Below, piece after piece: positions 10,127 through 20,539 of a DNA stretch of 64,000 nt; position 1 is the stretch's first letter, and each line of letters begins with the position of its first letter. The position numbers were made by a program, and so were the translations under genes. Source of the DNA: Candidatus Doriopsillibacter californiensis (GTDB lineage Bacteria; Pseudomonadota; Gammaproteobacteria; Tethybacterales; Persebacteraceae); NCBI GenBank assembly GCA_030386295.1, contig JANQAO010000004.1, forward strand, positions 11,131-75,130, given 5' to 3'. The notes beneath the pieces are model-generated. The model saw only the letters and a list, made by a program, of their open reading frames with translations. It searched no databases and was not told the origin of the DNA.

Positions 10127-11469
10127 AGCGGCTTGCCTTAATATTTTTATAGGAAATGTTTGAATAGTGGGAAGAGATATTCAGAAAAATAAAGCTCGCA
10201 ATATTGTTTTGCATTATGCTTTGGCATTGGTGGTAATTTTTTTGATGGTTTTATATTTGACTTGGTGATTGACGTTTTACAGGAGGGTGGATTTGGCACA
10301 CCGCATTTTTTTATTGAAATACTTGCCTTTGCTGCTGCTTCGTGGGTAATAGTTGTTGGATTATTTGATTAAAGGGTTTCGTTTTTCTGAAATTGCACAG
10401 GCGCGTCGCCTGGTCATGTAGGATTTGGCCAGCCTCATAACCTTGTTTGTTGTAATGTCCAGTGATGCAATTGCCTAAAAAAATATTGGTTACTCTCCAT
10501 CTTGTGGTTAGCGCTTAGCGTTAACCCAAAACTTGAAGCTAGCGCTCAAGAAACCGATGGCGACCATATCGCCTTTTGGCGGAATGACCTAGACGGTAAG
10601 ATAAAAGCTGATGCGTATAGAGGAGAAATTACTGACAGAGATATTGCCGTTGTTATTTTGTGGGGAGCTACGCGCTCAATATCTGCTTTATGATGAGGTA
10701 GGAGTATCTTGATGAGGATAGTTTACGTGTGGATATTGCCGCCCGCCTCGAAATAACCCCCGACCAAGCGCATCTGCCGCATTTTTGGCGGAGGGAAAAG
10801 TGCCCAACCGATTAATTTATTCTAAAATGCAATAGACACATCTAATTTCTACTGTTGCAAATATCCGTCCAACTCCGCTTTTGTGGGGATGTTTTTTTAA
10901 TCGCCTCTCCCCATTGGGGAGAAGGTTAGGATGAGGGGGCAAAGCAAGGTGCGGTTTTAAACCGCCCAAAAATTACCGCAAGAAAAAAAGCAAAAAAGGC
11001 AAGACAATAAGTGCATGAACTTATTAGAGTTGCCTATTGAGAATATCCAACCGCAAGGCGTTAGAGATCCATTAACAATAGAGCGCGTGCAGCGACATAA
11101 GATTTGAACGAATCTTCAGCAATGCCGCCCCATACAAACGCCAAATAGCAAAGCCGCCATGACGAGCATAGTGCCAGTTTTAATGGGTTGAAATGTGGTG
11201 TTCATTATAAATTCCTTTCAATTGTTAAATAAAAACAAATAAAATTTAGGCGGGTTGTCGATTTTAGACAACCGATTGTTGTTATAACTTTGCGTTTTTA
11301 TGGTGACTATCGTATGAGAATGCCTTGTATTATCAAGATGGGCTTTGATTCTTGGGGCTTTTATACGACCAAAAATAAAAATGGGACAAAGAAATAATAA
11401 GGTGTGAAAAGTATTTACAGCCTTTCATGGCATTTTATATCGGCTTAGTTCGTCGCTTGCCGTTGTGTT

Positions 11470-12618
11470 TTAGACGGTGGTTATATTTTTTTGCCCAGAT
11501 AAAAAGCGGGTGATTTGATGGCGCCAAGGTAGTGATGCTGCCGATAATGTACTCGCTATTAATCCTCCCGCCACGCGAAAAGGAAAAAACCGCGCGTGTC
11601 CGCCCATTGCTAATACACTTGTTGCAGCGAGTGTTGCCACATGCGCTACAGAACGGCGCCGCACATAGTTGAGTAGGGCGTCTTCTACACTGCTTTTGCT
11701 ATTTTTGGCAAGCAATGATGACAAACAATCAGCATCGGCAATACCGATATTTAATCCTTGCGCGCCTGCTGGATGCAACATGCTGGCGCCCCCTCCTAAG
11801 CAGGCTATGCGCGCCGCTGCTAAAGGACGCACGTGCCGCGCCTGTGGTGCATAAACAAAACGTTTCGACGGTGAGTGTAGGCGAAAACGCCCGCCAAATT
11901 CGTCATTAATGATTTGCATAAACGCGTTATCATTCAGAACTGTCAGCTGTCCCGCCGCCGCTTCCGAGGCACAAATAATTACTCCCACTGGTTTATTCGC
12001 ATCGGCGCGCGGCACTAGAGCTACGATGCCGTTTTTGCCAAAATTTTCAAAAGCGCAATGTGGCGGCCAGTTGTCTGTCTTAGCAGTCAGTGCAATTACC
12101 GCTTGCTGATAATCAAAAACGCGACTCTGAAATGGTGTAGGTAATCCCGGCCACGCACAAGCAATTACAACCGCTTGTGCTTTTACACTTTTTTCGCCCT
12201 CCGGTGTTTCATAATCTACTCGGACGGCATCGTTTTCCGGAGTTAGTTTTTTAACATTTGCTGACAAGCATAACGAATTGTCTAAAGAAGTCGTCAATGT
12301 CTGCAGCACCGTGTGATGGGAAGCGCCGTACCCCAAAGGCACGTTGCCGTCGCCAATGGTTGCACTGCCCGGAGCGTTACCGAAAGACACGAATATTTGT
12401 CGCAAAGCGGCATTTTTTTCTGGCCACGCGCCTACTTCGGCAAGCACAGCCGCCGATGAGGCATTAAACATTACTGATTTGCCGTCTTCCGTCCCGTTTT
12501 TTGAAGCCCTTTCTAAAACCAATACTTCTGCACCGTGCCGTTGTCTCAAAAGGGCAGCGCATGTGAGACCAGCAATGCCGCCGCCAATGATGCAGATATT
12601 TGTCAACCGTGTATCCAT
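11470..12618 (-). CDS. ubiH: FAD-dependent ubiquinone-biosynthesis hydroxylase (UbiH family)
   Basis: N-terminal [11 protein letters not shown] dinucleotide-binding motif and UbiH/UbiF/Coq6-family architecture. It lies immediately downstream of pepP and overlaps it, which is the conserved pepP-ubiH arrangement. Confidence 0.7.
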   Translation of the reverse strand: MDTRLTNICIIGGGIAGLTCAALLRQRHGAEVLVLERASKNGTEDGKSVMFNASSAAVLAEVGAWPEKNAALRQIFVSFGNAPGSATIGDGNVPLGYGASHHTVLQTLTTSLDNSLCLSANVKKLTPENDAVRVDYETPEGEKSVKAQAVVIACAWPGLPTPFQSRVFDYQQAVIALTAKTDNWPPHCAFENFGKNGIVALVPRADANKPVGVIICASEAAAGQLTVLNDNAFMQIINDEFGGRFRLHSPSKRFVYAPQARHVRPLAAARIACLGGGASMLHPAGAQGLNIGIADADCLSSLLAKNSKSSVEDALLNYVRRRSVAHVATLAATSVLAMGGHARFFPFRVAGGLIASTLSAASLPWRHQITRFLSGQKNITTV

Positions 12619-13928
12619 GCTTCAATATCGGTGCGTGTTTTGGGTGCCCCTGATAGTACTTCCTTTCCGTTATCGGTAACTAGCACGTCATCTTCTATGC
12701 GTACGCCAATACCGCGTAATGGTGCCGGAATATCAGGTTCATCGGGGATGTACAATCCCGGTTCCACTGTTACCACCATGCCGGCGCGCAACGGTTCTTG
12801 TTTCCCAGCTATATTTTTATGGCGCCCAACATCGTGCACGTCCAGCCCAAGAAAATGGCCAATGCGATGCATATAAAAACGTTGGTAATTGCTTTTTTTT
12901 AACACCGTTTTGATGGTGCCTTTACACAACCCCAAATCAATTAACCCTTGCGCCAGAGTGCGTGTTGCCGTGTTTTCTATGGCGCTCCAGGTGTTGCCGG
13001 GTTTGATAGCCGTCAGCGCTTTTTTTTGTGCGGCCAGCACAATATCGTACACATCGGCTTGCGCCTCTGTAAATTTTCCACTTGCGGGAAAGGTACGCGT
13101 AACATCACCAGCATAACCGCAATATTCAGCTCCGGCGTCAACCAATACCAAATGGCGTTGGCGCACTGGTGCGTTATTAGCGCAATAATGCAAGGTACAG
13201 GCGTTTTTACCGCTCGCCACGATGGGTTCAAAAGCATAATGTGCTCCAGCAGAACGAAATGCTGCTACTAGTGCAGCCTCTACTTGCATTTCGTTTTTAG
13301 AGTACCTGACAGCACGCATCGCCGCTCGATGACCGTCACTGCTAATTTGTGCTGCCTTCCGCAAGAGCTCAATTTCTTCGGTATCTTTGATTAGACGCAT
13401 GGCGTCTAAGTGTAAGGATACATCACATAATGCTTGAATGGGAGTGGTGCTGTCGCGATTGTGTGCTCGTCGATTACTGATAATGGTGATCAATTTGGCG
13501 TCTAAGGCGGCATCGGTTCCCGGTAAACAGTAAAGATGGTCGTGTTCGGAAACCACATCACTCAGTAGCGAGTCAAAATACATGATGTCGGCGGTTTCTT
13601 CTATTTGTAGTTGCCGTCGAGCTCGTAAAGGACCTAGCCGTTCGCCATTCCATTGTTCGGTCCGTCGGTCACGTCCGCGACACAGCAAAATTTCGCGGGC
13701 AATACGACCTGCTTTTACACTGAGTAACAGTGCGGACTGAGGTTCAACGAAGCCGGTAAGATAATAAAAATAACTATCCGGGCGATAAGGATAATTGGTG
13801 TCGCGGCTGCGGCAGGCGGCCGCAGCCGCCGTCAAAATAACAAATCCGTCACCTATCCGCTTAGCTAGTTGTGTGCGGCGGCGACGGGTAGCAGACACTA
13901 TGATTGCACCCAAGGCAGCCGACGGCAT
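12603..13928 (-). CDS. pepP: Xaa-Pro aminopeptidase (M24B)
   Basis: 441 aa with M24 metal-ligand motifs ([22 protein letters not shown]). The N-terminal domain aligns with E. coli PepP. Confidence 0.85.
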   Translation of the reverse strand: MPSAALGAIIVSATRRRRTQLAKRIGDGFVILTAAAAACRSRDTNYPYRPDSYFYYLTGFVEPQSALLLSVKAGRIAREILLCRGRDRRTEQWNGERLGPLRARRQLQIEETADIMYFDSLLSDVVSEHDHLYCLPGTDAALDAKLITIISNRRAHNRDSTTPIQALCDVSLHLDAMRLIKDTEEIELLRKAAQISSDGHRAAMRAVRYSKNEMQVEAALVAAFRSAGAHYAFEPIVASGKNACTLHYCANNAPVRQRHLVLVDAGAEYCGYAGDVTRTFPASGKFTEAQADVYDIVLAAQKKALTAIKPGNTWSAIENTATRTLAQGLIDLGLCKGTIKTVLKKSNYQRFYMHRIGHFLGLDVHDVGRHKNIAGKQEPLRAGMVVTVEPGLYIPDEPDIPAPLRGIGVRIEDDVLVTDNGKEVLSGAPKTRTDIEAWIHG

Positions 13929-14350
13929 CGCCAGCCATTAATTTTGCCGCGGTGGCCGTTTGTATCTAATTCGCCTTCAAATCCTTCCAAAATATTAAAT
14001 GCGGCACAATAGCCAGCTTCTGTCGCCACTGTTGCCGCGTAGTGTGAGCGTACTCCGCTGCGACACAAAAACATTACCGGTTGATTGACGTCAGCAATTT
14101 TCTTAAGTTCATCCAAAAACGCCTCGTTAACTGTCATGTCGGGAAAAAATTGCCACTGGATAGCTACCGCATTTGGTACTCGTCCGACATAAGTCATTTC
14201 TGGTATGGTGCGAACATCCACCAGCATTGCCTGAGGTTCTTCTTGCCACAGTGTATGTGCTTCATCCGGTGTTAGTGCGCCAGCATAAGGTAGGTCAAGT
14301 TGTTGTTTACGCTGAACGGCGGCTGCAAGGGCTTGTTTGGCGGTTGTCAT
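13898..14350 (-). CDS. rhodanese-domain sulfurtransferase-like protein
   Basis: 150 aa with the rhodanese active-site loop context FLCRSGVRS, including the catalytic Cys. Confidence 0.6.
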   Translation of the reverse strand: MTTAKQALAAAVQRKQQLDLPYAGALTPDEAHTLWQEEPQAMLVDVRTIPEMTYVGRVPNAVAIQWQFFPDMTVNEAFLDELKKIADVNQPVMFLCRSGVRSHYAATVATEAGYCAAFNILEGFEGELDTNGHRGKINGWRCRRLPWVQS

Positions 14351-14379
14351 TTTTTCGGGAGGGATAAAACAGGAATATA

Positions 14380-14455
14380 TGGTAGGCCGTCAGGGGTTCG
14401 AACCCTGGACAAACGGATTAAAAGTCCGCTGCTCTACCGACTGAGCTAACGACCC
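14380..14455 (-). tRNA. tRNA-Lys (anticodon UUU)
   Basis: The reverse complement reads GGGTCGTTAGCTCAGTCGGTAGAGCAGCGGACTTTTAATCCGTTTGTCCAGGGTTCGAACCCCTGACGGCCTACCA. This is near-identical in architecture to E. coli tRNA-Lys and the CCA is encoded. Confidence 0.9.
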
Positions 14456-14560
14456 AAGAGACGAATTTTATCGCAACTTTAGCATTGCGTATATGCCTGT
14501 TTGGTAATGTGCGGTTGTGTCATCCAAATTGAAAAAAAAGCAGTGTGAATTAATTGTTGT

Positions 14561-15736
14561 TTAACGGTTGGTTTTTTGTTGTAAATTAGCTACATTGCTT
14601 GCCTTGCTATCATGAATGAAGCGGTATCTATCCGTTGATTTCTGCAATTCCCGCCAACGCTTGGCAAAGCGTTTTTTTAATTGTCTGAGCCCTGTTTTAG
14701 AAAGATTCTCTTTTTTTAGTAATTGAGCATAATCAGTGTCTCCCTCTTGCCAATAAAAAGCATATAGTGCTACTTCTAGTGGGAACAATTTAGGTAATGT
14801 GCGATACATTGCCCCTGGCGGCCCATCTCTACCGGGCAGGCGGCGGTGTTCGCCAAGTCGCCCCTTAAACACATAAAAGGCGTCATTGGGTGGAAGAAAC
14901 TGTAATTCATAATTCACTTGCCTGTCACCACTTGTAATATCAGGTGCTGTAAAAAATCCGGCACGTGTTTCGGAGCCGATAAGATAATCTACATTGCCAG
15001 CATGGATAGATCCTACTGCCCGCCTTTTTGTTTTTTCCTTTCGGTGTGGATATAACTCATTGGAAGATATTGCTGCGTTTACTTGTGGGGCATTGCCGGC
15101 GGGAAAGGCTGCGTCCTCGCCGATAAAATAGGTGCGCATATAATTGTGCTGTTGCAATATGATGGCAAAAGGGGTGTTTTCACAAAGTGCTATAAATACC
15201 GCTGTGTAATGGTCCAATTGATGCCAGTCGCGCGCATTAGCGAAGATATTTGCTAATACTCGACCAAAATTCGTCAATCCAGCCGGCAGGCCAGAATGGC
15301 GAAACGCAAAATGATAGCTCAAAAACGTTAGTTCCCGCACGTCTTTTTCATCTAGTTGCAAGGTGGCGTGATAGACACCACCGTAAGCCACCGGCATTGC
15401 TGTTTTTACGGTTGGTTGGTGTGTGAATACTGCTTGCGGATTATGACGGACGGCATTAAGAGCAGTGGTATCTGGATTACGTATCAGTAATGTATTACCG
15501 CTAAATAATTCACCGTTACTAATATAGTCGGCATAAAAATCAATCGGTCCTTCTTCGCCATTTGCTACATATAAAATAGGACGATAGCGCGCCAATAGTG
15601 CCTGTTCCGCCACTGTCGGTGGCATATCACTTAGCGTGTTGTGAATGTTTTCAAAACCAGCATGCTGAGAGAATGTGCCGTCAGCGCATGCGGTTAACAA
15701 CAACACTGTCAACACCAATCCACTACGCTTAAACAT
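14561..15736 (-). CDS. hypothetical lipoprotein (signal peptide ending in lipobox LLTAC)
   Basis: 391 aa. The N-terminus MFKRSGLVLTVLLLTAC has a lipobox. No recognisable catalytic motifs. It overlaps the rsmA stop by 8 nt, so it appears co-transcribed with surA-pdxA-rsmA. Confidence 0.5.
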   Translation of the reverse strand: MFKRSGLVLTVLLLTACADGTFSQHAGFENIHNTLSDMPPTVAEQALLARYRPILYVANGEEGPIDFYADYISNGELFSGNTLLIRNPDTTALNAVRHNPQAVFTHQPTVKTAMPVAYGGVYHATLQLDEKDVRELTFLSYHFAFRHSGLPAGLTNFGRVLANIFANARDWHQLDHYTAVFIALCENTPFAIILQQHNYMRTYFIGEDAAFPAGNAPQVNAAISSNELYPHRKEKTKRRAVGSIHAGNVDYLIGSETRAGFFTAPDITSGDRQVNYELQFLPPNDAFYVFKGRLGEHRRLPGRDGPPGAMYRTLPKLFPLEVALYAFYWQEGDTDYAQLLKKENLSKTGLRQLKKRFAKRWRELQKSTDRYRFIHDSKASNVANLQQKTNR

Positions 15737-16496
15737 TAACTTCCTCGTGCGGGACTAGCATATGTGTCGCCAGTCTTGAAAATTCTTCTGGTGAAAGCGT
15801 TTGCGGGCGGCGAGTAGGTTCAATATTCGCGGTCTGCCAATTAATAGTAAATTTCTTTAGCGCATTGCCAAGCATTTTGCGGCGTGATTGGAATGCCGCT
15901 TTTAGTAATATTTGTAATGTGGGCGTCAGCGTTAGTGGTAGTGTTCGCGGTAACAGGCGTACTACGGTGGAGTGTACTTTGGGTGCTGGCCAAAACGCTT
16001 CCGGTGGCGCTTGTAGCACTTCTTCTACATCGTACGATAATCGCACCGACACAGTTAAACGCCCATAATCGCTGCCGCCGGGTTGCGCTAGCAGACGCAT
16101 TGCTACCTCGCGTTGCAGCATTAAGTGCATATCGCGGGAACGGCAATCAGCTAACCGCAAAAGCAACGGCGTGGAAATATTGTACGGTAGGTTACCTGCC
16201 ACCCGGACATTACCGCCGGCCAATAATCCGGCCAAGTCTGTACATAGTACGTCGTCTACAAGCAGGTGTAATTTTTTACCAAAACGAGTCCGAAGTCCGT
16301 CAGCTAGCTCGCGGTCAATTTCTATAGCTGTGAGATTAATCGGCGCTTGCAGCAAAGCTTCGGTAAGTGCACCGTTGCCTGGACCAATTTCAAGAAATTC
16401 CTCACCTTCCTGAGGCGCAATGTGTTTTAGCAAAGCGTTGATCAAATTTTTGTCGCGCAAGAAATGTTGACCAAAACGCTTACGCGGTACATTCAT
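15729..16496 (-). CDS. rsmA: 16S rRNA (adenine1518-N6/adenine1519-N6)-dimethyltransferase
   Basis: Starts MNVPRKRFGQHFLRDKN. Has a SAM-binding EIGPGNGALTE motif. Lies downstream of pdxA as in E. coli. Confidence 0.9.
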   Translation of the reverse strand: MNVPRKRFGQHFLRDKNLINALLKHIAPQEGEEFLEIGPGNGALTEALLQAPINLTAIEIDRELADGLRTRFGKKLHLLVDDVLCTDLAGLLAGGNVRVAGNLPYNISTPLLLRLADCRSRDMHLMLQREVAMRLLAQPGGSDYGRLTVSVRLSYDVEEVLQAPPEAFWPAPKVHSTVVRLLPRTLPLTLTPTLQILLKAAFQSRRKMLGNALKKFTINWQTANIEPTRRPQTLSPEEFSRLATHMLVPHEEVNV

Positions 16497-17455
16497 AGGG
16501 CCGCTAGCGCAACGGCAACACGCATGCTATCGGGACGTGCCTTGTTGCTGCCGGCTAATTCCGCCGCCGTGCCGTGGTCGGGTGAAACGCGCAAAAAAGG
16601 TAACCCCAAGGTTACATTAACGGTGTTGTCAAAATGAGCATACTTGATAACTGGTAACCCTTGGTCGTGATACATCGCCAGCACGCAGTCGCAATCATCA
16701 CGAAAGAAAACAGTGTCGGCAGAAAAAGGGCCCTTCGCATTCACGCCCGCTTGTACCGCTCGCTCAATTGCCGGAATAATAATTCGCGTTTCTTCATCGC
16801 CCAGATAGCCACCTTCGCCGGCGTGTGGGTTGAGCCCAGTAACGGCAATGCACGGTGCGCGGTTTATGAAATGGCGCTGCATGCCGTCGTTTAATACTCT
16901 CAATGTGTTAACTAATGTCTCTTCATTAATCGCAGCAGCAACTTGTGATAGTGGTAGATGTCGTGTTGCTAGTGCTACTCGCATGGAACTACTGGCGAGC
17001 AACATTACTGGATGTGGTGCGCCGGATAGCTCGGCAATATATTCCGTTTGCCCGCAAAAATTGTAACCGGCGGTGCAGATGGTTTCCTTGCTCACCGGAC
17101 CTGTAACAACGGCGTCAAAGTGCCCTTGCTGACAACCGTCAACTGCAATGTGCAGTTGCGACAATACATGAGCCGCATTCGCTGATGACAATTGTCCGGG
17201 TATGACGTCTGTTGCTGGACTGTGTAAAACCATGCGCTGTGCTGTTGAATCTGCTGCATAGTCGCTAACATCAAAAGGCACTTGCAATAATTTTGCCCGT
17301 GCCGCCAAGACATTGCTGTCACCAATGATGGTTAGTGTCGCAGGGCAATTCCCATTTAGGATGTCCAAACATAAATCCGGACCGACGCCAGCTGGGTCGC
17401 CGGTGGTAACGACGATGTGGCGGTCACTCGTTTTCTTGGTTGATAATGCCTGCAT
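16493..17455 (-). CDS. pdxA: 4-hydroxythreonine-4-phosphate dehydrogenase
   Basis: Collinear with E. coli PdxA, including GDPAGVGPD, GLNPHAGEGG and AMYHDQGLPV. Confidence 0.9.
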   Translation of the reverse strand: MQALSTKKTSDRHIVVTTGDPAGVGPDLCLDILNGNCPATLTIIGDSNVLAARAKLLQVPFDVSDYAADSTAQRMVLHSPATDVIPGQLSSANAAHVLSQLHIAVDGCQQGHFDAVVTGPVSKETICTAGYNFCGQTEYIAELSGAPHPVMLLASSSMRVALATRHLPLSQVAAAINEETLVNTLRVLNDGMQRHFINRAPCIAVTGLNPHAGEGGYLGDEETRIIIPAIERAVQAGVNAKGPFSADTVFFRDDCDCVLAMYHDQGLPVIKYAHFDNTVNVTLGLPFLRVSPDHGTAAELAGSNKARPDSMRVAVALAAL

Positions 17456-18707
17456 ATTCCGGATCTAGCACGATAATGTGAGCGCTACCGCGCAGCTGCT
17501 CTAGCCATTCCAAACGGTTTTCAAGTGCTTTGCGTTCGTGTACGATGCCGCGCGCCCATTCTTGTGTTTTTTCGGCATTTAATTCTTGTTTGTTAATCTC
17601 GACCACTCGTACCAAATGCAAGCCAAAAGGCGACTCAATTACTGGACTAATTCCGCCTTCTTTTACAGTGGGAACGGTTGTAGCAAAATAATCTGGCAAA
17701 TCGTGCACATTAAACCAGCCTAAATCGCCATTTTTTTCTACGCTTATGGAGTCAATGGAATGCTTTTGAACCAGGGCATTGAAATCACCACCCACTTCAA
17801 TTTCTTTTCGCAGTTGTTCGGCAAAATCTTTTTTTTCTAAGGGCAAAAATAAATGACTGAGTTTGATGCGATCAACGCCTTCTCGCAAACTACTACGTTT
17901 AGCATCAATTAATTGGAGCAAATGAAAACCGCGAGCGGTTTCTACGATGCGACTTAATTCTCCTATCCGGAGATTTTTGGCCTCCGTTAAAAAAGGTGTC
18001 GGAATATTGTCGGATTCTCGTGCGCCTAAATCACCGCCGTTCGCCGCGTTGCCTCCATCGGAATGCGTTTTGGCAAGAGAGGCAAAATCTTCCCCCGCTA
18101 TAACGCGGGCCCGTAGTGCCTCAATTTCAGTGCGTTTTTGCACTTTGTTACTTTCATCGGCGGCAATGAGAATGTGACGCAAATGATATTGACGTTTTTG
18201 TGTGGCGTCTGTCTCGGTTTGTAAAAAGTGGGTAACTTCCTCATCGCTAACTGGGGTTTGTATAAATATTTCATTGTAGTAAACCGCCTGTATTGTTATT
18301 TCATCGCGTACCGCTTCGCGGAATTTTTTCATGGTTATACCAAAACGTTCTTTTACTTTTTGTGCCAGCGCTGCACCGTCCGCAATTTCCCATTCTGCGC
18401 GTAATTCGGCCAGTCGTCGTTCCACAGCATGGTCGGGAATGGCAATGCCCAGCAGGCGTGCACGTTGCAGTTGCAGACGTTTTGCGATTAATGATTCAAG
18501 AGCGTTGCGGGATGCCTCTTCAAAGCTGAGTGTGTTGCCATTTTGCCGCGCTATTTTGAGAATATTAGCGGCTTCGCGCTCGGCTTGCAGGCGACTGATG
18601 CTGTCGTTGTTAACCACCGCTATAATAGAGTTGATTTTTTTATCAGCTATTGCCATTGGTGCCGATATGACTGCCGACACAATCCACACTAAAACTAGAT
18701 TTTTCAT
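17424..18707 (-). CDS. surA: periplasmic chaperone / peptidyl-prolyl isomerase SurA
   Basis: 427 aa with a signal peptide, an N-terminal chaperone domain and two parvulin-like domains. It is upstream of pdxA in the conserved surA-pdxA-rsmA operon. Confidence 0.85.
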   Translation of the reverse strand: MKNLVLVWIVSAVISAPMAIADKKINSIIAVVNNDSISRLQAEREAANILKIARQNGNTLSFEEASRNALESLIAKRLQLQRARLLGIAIPDHAVERRLAELRAEWEIADGAALAQKVKERFGITMKKFREAVRDEITIQAVYYNEIFIQTPVSDEEVTHFLQTETDATQKRQYHLRHILIAADESNKVQKRTEIEALRARVIAGEDFASLAKTHSDGGNAANGGDLGARESDNIPTPFLTEAKNLRIGELSRIVETARGFHLLQLIDAKRSSLREGVDRIKLSHLFLPLEKKDFAEQLRKEIEVGGDFNALVQKHSIDSISVEKNGDLGWFNVHDLPDYFATTVPTVKEGGISPVIESPFGLHLVRVVEINKQELNAEKTQEWARGIVHERKALENRLEWLEQLRGSAHIIVLDPEYAGIINQENE

Positions 18708-18752
18708 TTTTTAATTATAATCTCCGTTTGTATTACAAACACAATTATCGCC

Positions 18753-19091
18753 ATGAACATTCAAGACAAAATTTTTGAGCAAATTAGTAACAGCCCTGTA
18801 GTGTTGTACATGAAAGGGTCACCCAATTTTCCACAGTGCGGGTTTTCATCGGTTGCCGTAGAAATACTAAAACGATGTGGCGTTACCAATATGATAACTG
18901 TTGACGTGCTGGCAGATCCTGATATTCGCCAAGGCATCAAAGAATATTCCAACTGGCCTACGGTTCCGCAACTTTACATCAATGGCGAATTCGTCGGTGG
19001 TGCCGACATTGTGCGCGAAATGTATGCTTCCGGAGAATTGGCTAAGATGCTGTCGTCGGAAGTAACAGACGACACGCCAACAAGCGAATAA
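18753..19091 (+). CDS. grxD: monothiol glutaredoxin (Grx4 family)
   Basis: 112 aa with the CGFS active site (PQCGFSS) and the conserved [16 protein letters not shown] segment. Confidence 0.9.
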   Translation: MNIQDKIFEQISNSPVVLYMKGSPNFPQCGFSSVAVEILKRCGVTNMITVDVLADPDIRQGIKEYSNWPTVPQLYINGEFVGGADIVREMYASGELAKMLSSEVTDDTPTSE

Positions 19092-19116
19092 AGTTAATTT
19101 AATGTAGTGTGCTGGA

Positions 19117-20517
19117 TTAATTGCTGGTACTTTCAACTGTTAATATTTCACGACGACGCTTAATTTGCCGTTCAATTTCTTCCGGTGCAGTGCCGCCAAC
19201 ATGATTTCTTGCCTGCACTGCGTATTCTGCACTTAGCACCTCCAGTGCACCCGCGTCGGCTTGCGGTACGTGCTGTTGCAACTCTTTTAGTGTCATTTCT
19301 TCCAGCCGCGTTCCTGTAGTGGACAGTGTTTTTATAATGGTGGCGACAACATCGTGTGCTTGGCGAAACGGTAAGCCTTGCTTTACTAAGTAGTCAGCCA
19401 GTTCTGTTGCCGTCGGATAACCCGCTTCCAGTAGTGTGCGCATGCGTGCTACCTTGACATTAATCGCGCTGACCATTGCGGCAAAAATATCTGTGCATTC
19501 TTGCACCGTGTCAGCACAATCAAAAACCGGTTCCTTGTCTTCCTGATTATCTTTGTTGTAGGCTAACGGTTGGGATTTCATTAGCATCAACAATGCGGTA
19601 AGACTGCCGGTAACTCGCCCGCACTTGCCGCGAATGAGTTCTGGCACGTCAGGGTTTTTCTTTTGCGGCATGATGGATGAGCCGGTGCAAAAAGCGTCCG
19701 CCAGCGTAATACAGCCAAACGCTGGTGATGACCACAAAATCACTTCTTCGCAAAAACGTGATAAGTGCATCATCAAAATAGCAGCAGCGGAAGTGAATTC
19801 AATAGCAAAATCACGATCGGAAACGGCGTCCATAGAATTTTCACATAACCCATCAAACGCGAGTGCCGTAGCAACTTGTTGTCGGTCAATTGGATGCCCT
19901 GTGCCGGCTAGTGCACCCGCGCCTAGCGGTAGGATATTCACGCGTCGACGACAGTCAGCAAAGCGTGCGCTGTCACGGTTTAGCATGTCTTCATAAGCCA
20001 GCATATGATGGGCAAAAGATATTGGTTGCGCCACTTGCAAGTGCGTCATTCCTGGCATAAGCGTATTCACATGTTGTTCCGCCTGCGTTAACAGGGCGCA
20101 TCGTGCGTCGGAAAGGCTTTTTTGCAGCATATCAATACGCGCCCGCACAAACAGCCGCAAGTCAGTTGCCACTTGGTCATTGCGAGAACGTGCTGTGTGT
20201 AACCGTTTACCTGCATCACCGGATAATTCAACAAGGCGCCGCTCAATATTAAAGTGGACATCTTCGTCTTCTTCCCGCCAATCAAAGCGGTTGTCTTTGA
20301 TTTCTTCTAAAATAGTATTGAGCCCCGTTTTGATGGCATCGCCGTCGCTGTCACTGATGATTCCCTGATTTTGCAGCATAGTGGCGTGTGCCAGTGAACT
20401 GACAATGTCATGTTCAGCTAGACGATAATCAAAGCGTACTGACGCATTAAATTTAGCCACACGGGCGTCCAGCGGTGCGCTAAACAGTGCTGACCATTTC
20501 TTTTTTTTATTTGTCAT
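19117..20517 (-). CDS. argH: argininosuccinate lyase
   Basis: 466 aa fumarate-lyase-family protein with an ArgH-typical signature region (GSSIMPQKKNPD). Confidence 0.9.
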   Translation of the reverse strand: MTNKKKKWSALFSAPLDARVAKFNASVRFDYRLAEHDIVSSLAHATMLQNQGIISDSDGDAIKTGLNTILEEIKDNRFDWREEDEDVHFNIERRLVELSGDAGKRLHTARSRNDQVATDLRLFVRARIDMLQKSLSDARCALLTQAEQHVNTLMPGMTHLQVAQPISFAHHMLAYEDMLNRDSARFADCRRRVNILPLGAGALAGTGHPIDRQQVATALAFDGLCENSMDAVSDRDFAIEFTSAAAILMMHLSRFCEEVILWSSPAFGCITLADAFCTGSSIMPQKKNPDVPELIRGKCGRVTGSLTALLMLMKSQPLAYNKDNQEDKEPVFDCADTVQECTDIFAAMVSAINVKVARMRTLLEAGYPTATELADYLVKQGLPFRQAHDVVATIIKTLSTTGTRLEEMTLKELQQHVPQADAGALEVLSAEYAVQARNHVGGTAPEEIERQIKRRREILTVESTSN

Positions 20518-20539
20518 AGTGAAATTATACGTCTCTGAC

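Noticed and set aside
10502-10693. 63-aa ORF in the acnA-ubiH intergenic gap
   Set aside because: It has no SD, no recognisable motif and no partner genes. It is kept only as part of the gene-free-interval finding.
10870-10960. The hairpin TCTCCCC-ATT-GGGGAGA and the nearby GCGG-TTTTAAA-CCGC stem, considered as intrinsic terminators
   Set aside because: Neither is followed by a U-run. They may be REP-like or protein-binding palindromes, or sRNA structure, rather than terminators.
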